NCBI RefSeq assembly: GCF_009914755.1
Contig: NC_060935.1
Direction: 5' to 3' (one strand)
Length of the DNA: 64,000 nucleotides
From: the human T2T-CHM13v2.0 reference genome, Homo sapiens
The first letter of the stretch is position 1. Each line of letters starts with the position of its first letter. The position numbers and the translations under genes are program-made. Below the pieces are notes generated by a model. That model did no database searches. It was not told the DNA's origin and was given only the letters and a program-made list of their open reading frames with translations. This document shows, piece after piece, positions 1 through 14,229 of this stretch.

Positions 1-1
1 T

Positions 2-39
<38 letters not shown>
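1..39 (+). repeat. Poly(A) tail, probably of an Alu ending at the window edge
   Basis: TC followed by a long pure A run, the typical Alu 3' end. Confidence 0.7.
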
Positions 40-41
<2 letters not shown>

Positions 42-469
42 GCTGTGTAAACTTTCATTTTTCTTTACTTTAACTGAGAGTAAATGACAAAAATATTTTC
101 AAAAACCCTGCACTTCCTACCAGTATTACAAAAGGGAAACTATATTCATAATTTTTCAAATTAAAGCTTAAGCAACTGTTCATCAATTTTCAAAATTTCC
201 CTCGCATTAGCACTTAAAAATCTGAAGTAATAGTACAATGAAGGCAAGAAGCATGTTTGGCAATAACCAATTATTTGAATAGACAAAGCATAAAAGTAGA
301 CTTGTCAAATCAACCTCATAAGAAGTTTTAGCAAGCATGGTTCTATAGAGATATAAGACATTGTATACTAACTTCATTATGCTATAAATCTTACAACCGT
401 TCTAATCACAAACTGGTACAGTTCTCTCAGATCTCTAAGTCTTCTCACTGAAATTTCTCTCTTAAATAA

Positions 470-725
470 TTTAATAATGATGTTTATGGCAACAATTTGA
501 TTGAACACTTATAATATGCCAGTTACTATGCTAACCATTCACATTTAAAATCGCATTTAATCCTTGCAAAGATCTTTTTATATATTCATTGATCACTCCA
601 TTTTACAGATACAGAAAGTGAGGCTCAGAGAGATAGAGTAAAGGCGCAAGGTTACACAGCCAGTAAATTACTTATCTGCAGGTTGAGTTAGTGGCCAATA
701 TACTTAACCACAGAACTATGTTTTC
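470..725 (-). mobile_element. MIR SINE
   Basis: ccattttacagat...gtgaggctcagagag...aaggttacacagc is the reverse complement of the MIR core. Confidence 0.7.
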
Positions 726-1059
726 TAACTTTCAAAAAAGCAATACTGTACCTTTGCTTGAAAAAGGAACTGTACCACCAGAAAATGTCACTGTAGGTTT
801 CTGGTTACAAAGCAAGAATGCCCACCTGTGCTGGAGTTAATTCTACTGTCACTTTTGGAGTAAAGTGTAAGAGTCATGAGCAGTGGGTGAAAATAAAGTT
901 GATCCAGGCAACTTTTATATTACTTAGAACTACTTTCACCCTAGAGTCCTTGTAAATCTGAAAAGAACAAGTTTTAAATTATTATTTAATTTAGAGCTAA
1001 GAATTCCTTGGGTATCAGTGAGAAGAGAAAATGAGAGAAGGGAAATGTTTACCATTTGT

Positions 1060-1290
1060 ATTGACCATTCGATTTTAGCCAGAAAATTTGCTACACTCTT
1101 CATGTATATATTTTATTTCATTTATCCTCAAAACGAACTCCTTAAAGTATTAGTATCTTCAATTTGCATATTAAAAACTACAGACTTCTGAGAGGTAAGG
1201 TGAATTGCCCCAAAGCACACAGTTAATAAGTGGCAAAGCCAGGATCTAATCCAGAAGCTCATGTTTTCACTATACCATGCTCACAGTCTA
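1060..1290 (-). mobile_element. MIR SINE
   Basis: agaggtaaggtgaattgccccaaagcacacagttaataagtggcaaagccagga, MIR core. Confidence 0.65.
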
Positions 1291-1739
1291 GTATTCTATT
1301 GTTTATTTCAGAATTGCTTTTCTCCAGTTCAAAAATGGCCTTGTCTCATGCCTTTCATCAAACAGTAAGTATTCCCTAAAGCCCGATCATGGACTTCCCA
1401 TCTATTCATTCATTCATTCATTCCCATCTGCTGAGCCCTTTTATGTGCCAGTCAGAGCTAAACAGTGAATTAGAGGAAGCTCCTTCCTTTAGAAAATGGC
1501 AGTCTGGTAGTACATAATTTTAAAAATTAAAATGTGATTTTAAAATGACAGCATTAAGCTCAAGACACAATGCAAACATAGAGAAGGGAGTGCCTAAGTT
1601 ATTTCTCCAGTTCTTCCAGTGTATAATATCTTCAGGATTAAATATATATTCTTTGGCTCACCTTTAAAGCCTTTAATTCCTCTGGTCACATTTATACTCA
1701 ATTCAATATTGACTGAGCACCTGTTGTGGGTATTAAAAG

Positions 1740-1865
1740 GCTGTATGCCATAATGGAAAGAGGACAGACATAGAGTCAGATAGGCATGAGTTTATCCCAT
1801 TCTCTCTCGCTTACTAGCTATGTAAACTTGAGCAAGCAGCTTTACCTCCTTTAGCCTCAGTGGGA
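1740..1865 (+). mobile_element. MIR SINE fragment
   Basis: cttactagctatgtaaacttgagcaagcagctttacctcctttagcctcagt, forward MIR core. Confidence 0.65.
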
Positions 1866-4005
1866 TTTTTTAAATCAAGTTTATTGAGGTATAATTTACA
1901 TAAAATAAGATGCTTCCATTTTAAGTTTACAGTTTGATGCATTTTGACAAATGTCTATAGTCATGTAACCAACACAACAATCAAGATATAGAGCATTTCC
2001 ATAACTCCAAGAGTTGCACAGAAATATTTATAGCTTTTTCATAGTAGCCTCCATCTGGACCCCAAATGTCCATTAGTAAATGAGTGGATTAAAAAAAAAA
2101 AAGTTCCTTTGTGCCACTTCCCAGCCAATCTGTCCTTCCACTCCTGGACTCCAAACCTTAGGCACCACTACCTGCTTTCTGTCAAGACATACTAGACTTT
2201 TAAGTAGAATTTCATATAAATGGAATCATATAGTATGTACTCTTTCATATCTGGCTTACTTTGTTCAGCATAGTGTTTTTGAGATTGATTTATGTTGTTG
2301 CATGTTGTATAGTTTAATGAATTTCATTCCTTTTTATTGCTGGATAATATTCCTTTATATGGATATACCAAAACTGGTTTATCTGTTCACCAAGCCATGG
2401 ACATTTGGAATTCAGTCTGGGGCTACTACGAATAATGCTGCTATAAACATTCTTATACAATGCTTTGTGTGATCAAATATTTTCATTTCCCTTAGGTAAA
2501 TATATACAAGTGGAAAGGTAGGTTAAAATAATAAGTTTAACTTTTTTAAAAAGTACCAAACTGTCTTTCAAAGTGGTTGTACCATTGTACATTCCCACCA
2601 GAAATGTATGGGTTCCTGCCAACATTTCGTATAAGCTTTTTAAATTTTAAGCTATCTAGATTTGTCTAGTAGTATCTCACTGTGGTTTTAATTTGCATTT
2701 TCTTAATGTCTAAAGATGGTAAACACATTGTTAGTGCTTACTTGCCATTAGAATATCTTGTTTTCAAAAAGTTTTTTCCATTATTACATGGTTTGCCTTC
2801 TACAGTTGTAAGACTTCTTTATAATACAAGTCATTTGTCAGATGTATACATCACAAATATTTCCTCTCATTCTCTGGCTTCCCTTTTCATTTTCTTGATG
2901 GTGTCTTTTAAAAGGCAGAAGTTTTTAACTTTGATAAGGTTCATTTTTTCCTTTTTACTTTTTTTCATGCACTGGGGGCCCTGAAAAATCTTTGCTCATT
3001 CCATGGTTGCAAGGATTTTCTCCTATGTTTTCTTCTGGAGGTTTTATATTTTCAGTTCTTGTGCTTAGGTCTGTGATCCATTTTGAGTTATTTTTCAACA
3101 TGATACGCCCAAAGTTCACTTTTTCCACATTCTAGTTCTACTGGTGCTAGAACTCAATGTTCTAGCATCACTTGTTGAAAAGACTACCATCCTCCCCATT
3201 AAAGTATTTTGCCACTTTTGTCAAAAATCAATTCACCCTATACATTGAATCTATTTTTGGTCTCTCTACTCTGTTCCATTGATCTATATATGTATCCTAT
3301 GTCAATACCACATTTTCTGGATTATTTTAGCTTTATAATAAGTCTCAAAATTTGTACTTGTCCAACTTCTCCTTCTTTTTCAAAACTGCTTTCATTATTC
3401 TAGGCTTTTGGCATTTATAGGAATTTTAGAATCAGTTTGTCAATTTTTTTAAAAGCAGAGATTTTGGTTGACATTGCATAGAATTTATAGAGCAATTTGG
3501 GGAGAACTAGCATCTTAACAATATTGAATTTCCCAAGCAATGAACAAAAAATATCTTTCTATTTATTCAGGTCTTATTTAATTTCTGATAGCAAAGTTTT
3601 ATAGTTTTCAGTGAACAGGTCTTGATTTTGTTAAATCTATCCCTAAATATTTCATATTTTGATGTGTGGTAAATTGTACTGTATTATTTTAATTTTTGTT
3701 ATCACCAGTATATAAAACAATTGATTTCTGTATATTGATCTTGTATCCTGTGATGTTTCTAAACTCACAAGTTTCATGAGCATTTTTGTAGATTCCACAG
3801 GATTTTCTACAAAACTAATTATGTGAGCTATGCATTAAACAGTTTTACCTCTTTCTTTACAATATGTATGTTTTTTATCTCTTTTTCTTCCCTTACTACA
3901 CTGGCTAGGTTCTCTAGCCAGTGATGAGAAGTGATGAAAGTGGTTATCCTTGTGTTAGGGGAAAAGCATTCAATATTTGATGATTAAGTATAAATGTAAG
4001 CTGTG
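1866..4005 (-). mobile_element. Old mammalian L1 (L1M) 3' end and ORF2 remnant
   Basis: Starts ttttattgaggtataatttaca (reverse complement of an L1M 3' end) and continues with T-rich antisense ORF2 motifs such as gtggttttaatttgcattttc. Confidence 0.8.
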
Positions 4006-5087
4006 GGTAGAGGGGTTGAGACAAAATTCACATAAAATGAAATTCATCACTGTAATCATTTTAAAGTATATAATTTAGTGATTTTTAGTATATTCACAAT
4101 ATTGAGCAACCATTACCACTATATAATTCCAAATTTCAGAACATTTTCACCAACCCCATACTCATTAAGCTGTCACTCCCCATTCCCCTGACCCTTAGCC
4201 TCTAGCAAACACTAATCTACTTTCTGTCTCTATAGATTTGCCTACAGCAGACATTTCAACTGGAATCATACAAAATGTAAGTGACCTTTAGTGACTGGTT
4301 CTTTCACTTAGCATAATGTTTTCAAGTTTTAGCCATATTGTAGCATGTATCAGCACTTCATTCCTTTTTATAGCCAAATGGGTACTCCACTGTGAAAATA
4401 CCACATTTTCTTTATTCATCAGTTGATGGACATTTGGATTTTTTCCACTTTTTAGCTACTATGACTACCGCTGCTATGAACATTAGTTTACACATCTTTG
4501 TGTAAATATATATATTTTCAATTCTCTTGGGTATATACCATGAAGTAGAATTACTGGATCATGTGGTAACTCTATATTTAATTTTTTGAGAAACTGCCAC
4601 ACAGTTTTTCACAGCAGCTACATTTTACATTCCCTCCAGCTATGTATCAGGGTTCCAATTTTTACCATGCCTGCCAACAATTATTATTTTCCATTTGTTT
4701 TTATCATAGCCACCCAAGTGGGTGTGAAGTGATATCACTTTGTGCTTCTGATTCAAATTTCCCTAATGACTAATGATGTTGGACATCTTTCCATGTGCCT
4801 ATTGGTCATTTGTATATCTTTTTAGGAAAAATGTCTTTTCAAAAATTTGCCAATTTTTAATTGGGTTGTCTTTTTTATGTTAATCCATAGAATTCTTTAC
4901 ATATTCTGAATACTAGACCCTTATCAGATGCATGATTTGCAAGTATTTTCTCCCATTGTGTGGGCTGCCTTTTAACTTTCCTTTGAAGCACAAATGGTGA
5001 AGTCCAATTTATCTCTTCTTTCTTTTCCTGCTTGTGCTTTTGGTGTCATAGTTAAGAAATCATGGCCTTATCCAAAGTCATGAAGAT

Positions 5088-5430
5088 TGTCTTAGTCAAT
5101 CTGGGCTGCTATAGCAGAATACCATAGACTGGGTGGCTTAAACAACAAACATTTATTTCTCAAAGTTCTAGAGGTTGGAAGTCTGAAATCAGAGTGCCAG
5201 CATGGCCAGGTTCTGATGAGGGCTCTCTTCAGGGTTGCAGATGCTGACTTATCATTATATATTCATATGGCAGAAAGAGGGCAAGAGAGTTCCCATGGTC
5301 CCATTCACAAGGGGTCTGTCCTCATGCCCTAATTAACTCTCACAGGCCCCACGTCCTAATACCATCACTTTGGGGGTTAGGATTTTAAAATGTGAATTTT
5401 GTGGGGAACGCTAACATTCGGCCCATTGCA
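5088..5430 (-). mobile_element. MaLR solo LTR (MLT1A-like)
   Basis: TG...CA termini (tgtcttagtc...cccattgca) and a perfect 5-bp TSD AAGAT at 5083-5087 and 5431-5435. Confidence 0.85.
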
Positions 5431-6685
5431 AAGATCTACATCTATGTTTCCTTCTAAGAGTTTTACAGTTTTAGCTCTTATATTTAGGTCTCTAATCCCC
5501 TTTGAGTCAATTTTGTTATATAATGTGGAGTAGGGACCCAAATTCATTATTTTTCATGGAGCTAGCTATATGTCCTGGTAGCATTTGTTGAAAACACTTT
5601 TCTTTCCCCCTTGAATGGGCCTTGGCATTGTTGTTGAAAATCAGGTGACCACACATGTATGGTTTTATTTCTGGACTCTCAATTCTATTCCATTGATTTA
5701 TGTGTCTATCTTTATGCTAGTGCCACACTGTCTTGATTACTATAGCCTTGTAATAACTTTTGAAATTGGGAAGTGTGAGTGCTCCAAATTCGTTCTTTCT
5801 TTTCAAGATTGTATTAGCTATTTGAGACGCCCTCATAATTTTGTACGAATTTTAGAATCAGCTTTTTCACTTCTTCAAAAACAGCTATTGGTATTTTGAT
5901 AGGGATATATTGAATCTATATCAATACAGGAAGTATTACCATCTTAACCATATTAAGTCTTCCAACCCATGAACATAAAATGTCTGTTTATTTAGGTCTT
6001 TTTCATTTATTTGAGCAATGTTTTAGAGTTTTAGTCTTTCACTTCCCTGTTTAAATTTATTCCTAAATACTGTATTCTTTTTGATGCTATTGTAAATGAA
6101 CAATTTTGGATTGCTCATGACTGATGTAAAACTAGCTTTTGTGCATTGATTGCTTTTGTATTCTACAATCTTTCTGAGCTTGTTTATTAGCTCTACTCAT
6201 TTTTTTGTAGATTCTTTAGAGTTTTCTAAATACAAGATCATGTAATCTGGGAATTTATTTTTACTCCTTCCTTTCCAATTTTTTTGGAAAGAATTTTCCT
6301 AATTTTCCTAGCTGGAATTTCCAGTACAATGTTTAATAGGAGTGGCAAGAGCAAACATCCTCATCTTATTATCAGTCTTAGGAGGAAAGCTTTCCGTCTC
6401 TCACTATTAAGTATGATGTTAACTGTGGGTTTTTTGCAGATTCCCTTTTGCAGGCTGAGGAAGTATCTTTTTAGTCCTAGTTTTTTGAGTATTTGTATTA
6501 TGAAAATGTGTTAGATTTTGTCAAATGCTTTTTCTGTATCCATTGAGACAATCATTTAAATTTTTTCCTCCATTTTATAAATATGGTGTATTACACTCAT
6601 TGGTTTTCACATTGTAAACCATCTTTGCATTCTTGGAATAAATCTCAATCCCTCATAGTGTAAATTTTTTTAATGTGCTACTAGA

Positions 6686-6985
6686 TTTTTTTTTTTTTTT
6701 TTGAGATGGAGTTTTGCTCTTGTTGCCCAGGCTGGAGTGCAATGGCGCGATCTTGGCTCAGTGAAACCTCTGCCTCCCAGGTACAAGTGATTCTCCTCTC
6801 TCAGCCTCCCAAGTAGCTCGGATTACAGGCATGCACCACCATGCCTGGCTAATTTTTTTGTATTTAATAGAGATGGGGATTCACCATGTTAGTCAGGCTG
6901 GTCATGAACTCCTGACCTCAGGTGATCCAACCACCTCAGCCTTCCAAAGTGCTGGGATTACAGGCGTGCGTAACCACACCTGGCC
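6686..6985 (-). mobile_element. Alu (S-type)
   Basis: Full dimer with poly(T) head; TSD actagatttt. Confidence 0.95.
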
Positions 6986-7628
6986 ACTAGATTTTGTTTG
7001 CTAACATTTTGTTGAGGATTTTTGCATCTGTATTCATAAGGGATGTTGGTCTACAATTTTCTTGTACTGTATTTGGCTTTGGTATCAGAGTAATATGGAC
7101 CTCATAGAATTAATTAGACAGTATTCTCCCCTCCTCAATTTTTTGGAATAATTTGAGAAAGATTGCTCTTAATTCTTTAAACATTTGGTAGAATTCACCA
7201 TTGAAGCCATCTGGTGCTGGGTTTTTTGTGGTTGGAGGTTTTTTCATTATTAATTCAATATCTTTACTTGTTATCACTCTATCCAAATATTTCCTTTTTA
7301 TTCAGTTTTGGCAAATTATGTGTTTCTAAAAATTTGCACATTTCAACTATGTTGTCTAATTTGTTCGGCATACAATTGCTTATACTATTTTCTTATAATC
7401 CTTATTTCTGTAAGATCATTGTAAAGCTCACACTTTCAATCCTGATTTTAGTTATTTGAGTCATCTCTCTTTTTTTTAATAGTCTAGCTAAAAGTTTGTC
7501 AATTTTGTTGATCACTTTGAAAAACTGGTTTCGGTTTCATTGATTCTCTCTGTTGTATTTCTATTTCCCGTTCTGTTTATCACCACTCTAATCTTTATTA
7601 TTTCCTTCCCTGTTTGCTTTGGGTTTAG

Positions 7629-8002
<374 letters not shown>

Positions 8003-8280
8003 TCTTCTTTCTTAATGTAAGTATTTATAGCTAAATGTTTCCCTCTGAGCACTGGTTTAACTGCGTAAGTTTGGTATGTTGTTCTGTTTTTTCTTTATTC
8101 ATCTTAAAGTATTTTCTAATTTCACTTGTAAATTCTTCTTTAAACTACTGGTAATTTAAGAGTGTATTATTTAATTTCAACATATTTGTGATTTTTCCAC
8201 ATTTCCTTCTGTTACTGATTTTCAATTTCATTTCATTGTGGTTGAAGAGCACACTTTGTATGATTTCGGCCTTTCAAACG

Positions 8281-8815
8281 TGAAAAAATGCTCATTATCA
8301 TTAATCCTCAGAGAAATGGAAATTAAAACCACAATGACCTACCATCGTACATGAGTCAGAATGACTACTACTAAAAAGTCAAAAAACAACAGATGCTGGT
8401 GAACCTGCAGAGAAAAGGGGAAGCTTATATGCTGTTGGTGGGAATGCTTATACACCGTTGGTAAATTAGTTCAGCCATTGTGGAAAGCACTTTGGAGATT
8501 TCTCAAAGAACTCAGAAGCACATTTGGCCCACCAATCCCATTACTGGGTATATACCCAAAGGAAAATAGATCACTATACCAAAAAGATACATGCACTCAC
8601 ATTCATCACTCAGAGCACAGATGGACATAAACAAAGGGACAATAGGCACTGCAAACTACTAGAGGGAAGAGGGGGACGTACGAAGTGGGGCATGGGTTGA
8701 AAAACTACCTAGTAGTTACTACGCTCACTACCTGGGTACAACATATTCATGTAACAAACCTACATATGTGCCTCCTGTATCTAAAATAAAAGTTAAAATG
8801 TTTTTTAAAAAAACA
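8281..8815 (+). mobile_element. 5'-truncated, internally deleted primate L1 3' end
   Basis: gaaatggaaattaaaaccacaatg...catgtaacaaacctacat...ctaaaataaaagtt (ORF2 end, 3'UTR and polyA signal). Confidence 0.85.
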
Positions 8816-11514
8816 AATTTTGAAAAACTTGCATCACCCACTGTAAGCTTGATAGTTTTCCTATATATGAGATGGATGATGATATTAATAAATGTGGTTA
8901 TCTGATATTATATAATGAAATATGTCAACATTTGGAAGATCTGAAAAAAATTCATTGAGACTTATTTTGTGGTATAATCTATGGTCTATCCTCAAGAATA
9001 TTCCATATGGACTTGAGAAAAATATGGATTCTGCTGTTATTGGTGGATTGTTCTATAGATGTCTGTTAGGTCCACTTGGTTTACAGTGTTGTTTGGTGTC
9101 ACTATTTCTAATGAGAAATCAATGGTTAATCCTATTAGACTCCCTTGTACTAATGAGTTGCTTCTCTCTTTCTTCTTTTAAAATTCTCTTTGGCTTTGGC
9201 TTTTATCAGTTTGATTATGTTGTGTGGATCTCTTTGAGTTTACTCTACTTGGGGTATATTGAGCTTCCTGGAAGTGTAGGTTAATGGTTTGCATCAAATT
9301 TCAGAAGTTTTCAATTATTATTTCTTCAAATACTTCAAATGTCTTTCAAATACTTCAAATTTCCATTTCTCTGTCTCTTTCTCTCCTCTCTTGATAATTT
9401 CATTATGTGTATGTTGGTACACTTAATTGTGTCTCACAGATCTCTATGGCACTGTTCACTTTTTTCATTTGTTTCCTCTCTGTTCCTCAAATTGCATAAT
9501 CTCAACTGATTTATCTTCCAGTCGCTGAATTTTTTTCTCCTACCTGTTCAAATGCTGTTGAGCCTCTTCAGTAAATCTTTCGATTATTGTACTTTTCAAA
9601 CCAGAATTCCTGTTTGATTTCTTATAATTTTTAATATTCTTATTAATACTCTTTATTTTGTGAAATATTGCTCTCATGGTTTTCTTTAGTTTTTTTAACA
9701 TGGTTCAATTTAGTCTTTGAACATATTTAAAACAACCGATTTAAAATCTTTGCCTAGTTAATCCAATCTCTAGGCTACCTAAGGACAGTTTATATTCATT
9801 GTTTTTTCTCCTGTGCATGGGCCATGCTTTCTTGTTTCTTTGCATGTCTTATAAATTTTTGTTTAAAATTGGTCACTTAAAATATAATGTGGCAACTTGT
9901 GAAATGAGATTTTCTCACCCTTCCCTAGGATTTGTTGTTTCAGGATGTTCAGTTGTTTTTGTGTATTTGTTTAGTAACCTTTTATGAACTAATTTTGTAA
10001 AGTTTTTTGTATTCTTTGTCATGTGTGGCCTCTGAAGTTTCTTTTCCCTTTGCTTAGTGATCAGCTGATGATTAGACAGAGATTTCCTTAACCATTAGAA
10101 ACCACAAATCCTCCTGTCTTTGCAGAAAAACTCTTGTGTATGCTAGGATACACCTTCAACCCTCATGCAAGCAGTTACAACTCTGCCTTAGCCTTCATAT
10201 TCTGATTCTGCAGAGGCTCAAAGTCAGCCAACAGGAACTTTGAACTTGCTCAGATTAAACTTGCTTAGGTTTCTTGGGCATGTGCACAGCCATCCATACA
10301 CATGCATTTGGTCTCCCAATTTCATAAGAAAAAGTCAGAACTTTTCAAAGCCTTTATCCCCAAAGTATCTTATTACGCAGCTTCTTCCCAAGAATTTTAG
10401 TTAGTCTTTTGCTCACCTGAAGTGTTATCTATTGCATCCAATGAAAGCAACTAAAATATTTGCTTATAAATGCTTTTGACTAATGTACCAGTACTGGGTT
10501 TACTATTTTAGTACTGTGTAAGTTCTGAGTTAGGTGAGATAAAGATAAATCTTTTGAGCTGGTCTTTCAAGAAGCTACCAGATATATTTATCTGTTTTAA
10601 TAGATATACCCGTAGCAGAAATGCAGGTTTTATTTCCAGGGGTAATGCTGATCTGGGAAACATAAGATAGAACCAGATTAAGTTTTTTTTAATCCATAAA
10701 ACTCACTGTCCTTACAGAGATTCAGCTTCTTTCTCTTGACAAAGTGCTCTTCTAATCGCTACAAGCTTTTGGTTAATTTCCAAAGTGCTGAGAAAGTTGA
10801 TTCTGAAAGTTTTGGCCAGTTTTTTATTTGCTTTTATGGAGGGGTGAACTTTTAAAAGTCCTTACTCTGCCATTTTTCCAGCTGTAGGTTTTCATAATGT
10901 TTCTATATTTAGGGTTCACTGAGCTTCTGCGATCTAGAGATTTATAGTTTTCATCACATGGAAAATTATAATAACTATTGAACACTGTTGTTGCAAGGCT
11001 TATCAATAGTTTACATAAGGAGCCCACAACAAGACCTTGCAGATGGCACTCAATGAAAATTATTATTGGATGTATGCCAGACACACAGTGAGAAAAAGAA
11101 TCACAAAATTTGCTTTCTGGGAACTCAAAATGTATTTCATTTTTATTTCTTCCAAAAAATTCCCATGTTTTCCTTGTCACAGTTTGTTTTATTTCCATTC
11201 CTTATTTTCCCCAAATATCTATATTTTCCTCCTTGTCCCCTATGCATTTATCTTTCTTTGCATACCAAGAAGTTGTATCCCATTCAAGTCCCTATTCAAG
11301 ATTTCCTTCTGGGAAGCCCACCCACAATTTTCTTTGTAAGAAACATGAGATGAATGCAGGAAACTGCACCCATTTGAACCAAGTAACTGAGAAATACACA
11401 AAATTCACACATGCACGCAACTCAAACCTACTAACTTCCTAAGTTCACTGCATGTGTTAGGGACACATTCATCCACATCTGCTATTAAGTTTCTGTCTGA
11501 TTTCAAATAACCTT

Positions 11515-11935
11515 TGATATAGTTTGGATGTCCTGCCCAAAGCTCACGTTAAACTGTAATCCTCAATGTTGGAGGTAGGGACTGATGGAAGGTATTTGGA
11601 TCATGGGGGCAGATCCCTCATGAATGGCCTGGGCCATTCCCTTGGTGATAAGTGAGTTCTCACTCTGAGTTCACACAAGACCTGATCATTTAAAAGTGTG
11701 TGGCATCTCCCCTTCCCGTACACTCTCTCTTGATCCTGCTTTCGCCATGTGACATGCCTGGTCCCATTTCACCTTCAGCCATGAGTTAAAGCTTCCTGAA
11801 GCCTCTCTGAAAGCTGAACTATGTAGGTGTCATACTTGTACAGACTGAAGAACCATAAACCAATTAAATCTCTCTCATTATAAATTACCCAGTCTCAGGT
11901 ATTTGTTTATAGCAATGCAAGAATGGCCTAATACA
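11515..11935 (+). mobile_element. MaLR solo LTR (MST family)
   Basis: tgatatagtttggatg...gaatggcctaataca; near-TSD acctt/accct. Confidence 0.88.
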
Positions 11936-13179
11936 ACCCTCCTTCCACCACTTCACAATAACTCACAAGCTACAACGTTTATGGCACCTATTTTTACAAG
12001 CAAACTTCAGTTCTTTTTCAAGGTAAAGTGCTTTATTTACATATTTATTAAACAGGCAAGGACTTTTACCCTCCACAGAGTGAATTAGGAGTACTGGGAT
12101 GGTCAAAAATAATTCATGGTGACTATAGTAGAATCAAGAGTGTAAGGCACTGTGATAAGTGTTAATGAGTCAGAGTCCAGTAGTGTAGTGGCTAGTAGCC
12201 ACTGGTGACAGCCAAGTGCCAGTGTGCCAGTATCACACTCTTTCTGTGGAGAAATCTTGACTGTGCTTTGTGTTTCTTGGTTCCTATTTTCTGAGTCTGA
12301 TCTCCAGCCCTCCTGTAGTTTCTGTCAACTAACTTATATCCCCCCAATAAATCCAATAAGTCCCGTTTTTATTTAAATTACATAGTTTCGTTCTGCTATT
12401 TGCAGTCAAGAACTCTGACAATTTCAAAAGTCATCTATTTCTAGCCCTAATCTCTGTCACATTAGCAATGATCTTGATAAATCAATTCCAGAAGACTCAA
12501 AAGCTAAATTCATGTGTGTTAATAAATCATGTAGAACCTTAAAATGCTTGAATAACATGACCTCTTTTAAATTTGAAATTGAATCACATATTGCTACTAT
12601 TTACAGAAATTAGAGCTCAAGTCAGTTAGACTAAATTTCTTATCTAGAAATTGACATTTTCAAGAAATTGGGAGATTAATTTTTTAATTTAAAAAAGGTA
12701 AAAGCTGATAAAAAAAAGCAGTGCTATATTCAACTAGCTGGTTTCAAATGAAATATTAATGAAACTATTTTGCATAACATTTGGCAAGAAAATAATGTTA
12801 ACTACCTCAGTTGTGAATATTATCAAGCTTCAGAGAATTTAATAAAAATTTTTCATATTATTGCGCATTTCATGACCTCTTCTCCTTCAAATATCATGGT
12901 TTTAAAAACACTGATACTCTGCCTTTTCTCCCAAATTTAAATTTCTAACCTTGATATCTCCCTGGTACCCCAAATTTCTATATCAAACTACTTACTTAAT
13001 ATAGCCTGATTTTCTACCCTACCCCCCAAATATGCTGCTTTCCTACACTTCTCCATCTCTGAAAATAAGAATGCCATACCTCTAGCTGCTCAGGCAAAAA
13101 AAAAAAAAAAATGACTCCTCCTTGACTCTTCTGTTATTCTTATACCTGCCACCCAATCCATTAGCAAACTCCTTAGCTC

Positions 13180-13579
13180 AGATATAGTTTGGATATTTGT
13201 CCCCACCAAATCTCATATTGCTATGTGATCCCCAATATGGGAGGTAGGGCCTAGTGGAAGATGTTTGTGTCATGGGATGAATCCCTCATGAATGGTTTGG
13301 TGCCCTTCCTGTGGTAATGAGTTACTGCAAGATCTGATTGTTAAAAAGAGTCTGGGACCCACCCCTCGTCTCTTTTGCTCCCTCTCTCAACATGTGACAT
13401 ACCAGCTCCTCTTTCCCTCTGCCATGACTAAAAGCTTCCTGTGGCCTCACCAGAAGCTGAGCAGATGCGGGTGCCAGGCTTGCACAGTCTGCAGAACTGT
13501 GAGCCAAATAAACCTCTTTTCTTTATAAATTACCCAGTTTCAGGTATTCCTTTACAGCAACACAAAACAGACTAATACA
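13180..13579 (+). mobile_element. MaLR solo LTR (MST family)
   Basis: gatatagtttggatatttgtcccc...ataaattacccagt...cagactaataca. Confidence 0.88.
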
Positions 13580-13924
13580 GTCCCTATCTTCAAAATCTAG
13601 AATCTAACCACTCTCACTATTCCCACTTCTCCCACACCCTAATCTAAACCATAACTATTTCTCACCTGGAATATTACAGAAAACCTCCAACTCCTCTCCT
13701 ACATTTTCTTCCTTGCATCCTCTCAGTCAATTCTAAATATATAATGCAGAGATGATCATTTTAAACATAAGTCAGACCCTATTATTATTATTCTCAAAAT
13801 CTGGATTCCTACCTCATTCACAAAAAAAAAAAAAAATCTTTATAATGGCCAAGAAATTCCATAATCTGTCTTCCCACCAAAACTAAGCATTTCCTACTAC
13901 TGTTTCTCAATCAGGACTGATTGA

Positions 13925-14229
13925 GGTCAAGTGCAGTGGCTCACACATGTAATCCCAACACTTTGGGAGGCTGAGGCAGGAGGATCACTTGAGCCTGAGA
14001 GTTGGACACTAGCCTGGGCAACATAGGGAGACCCCATCTCTATGAAAAAATTAAAAATTATCCAGGCTTGGTGGTGTGCGCCTGTGGTCCCAGCCACTTG
14101 GGAGGCTGAGATGGATGGGAGGATTGCTTGAGCCCAGGAGGTAGAGACTGCAATAAGCCATGATTGCACCACTGCACTCCAACCTACATGACAGAGTGAG
14201 ATCCTATCTCAAAAAAAAAAAAAAAAAAA
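13925..14229 (+). mobile_element. Alu (J-type)
   Basis: Dimer with ggaggattgcttgagcccagg and an A tail. Confidence 0.93.
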
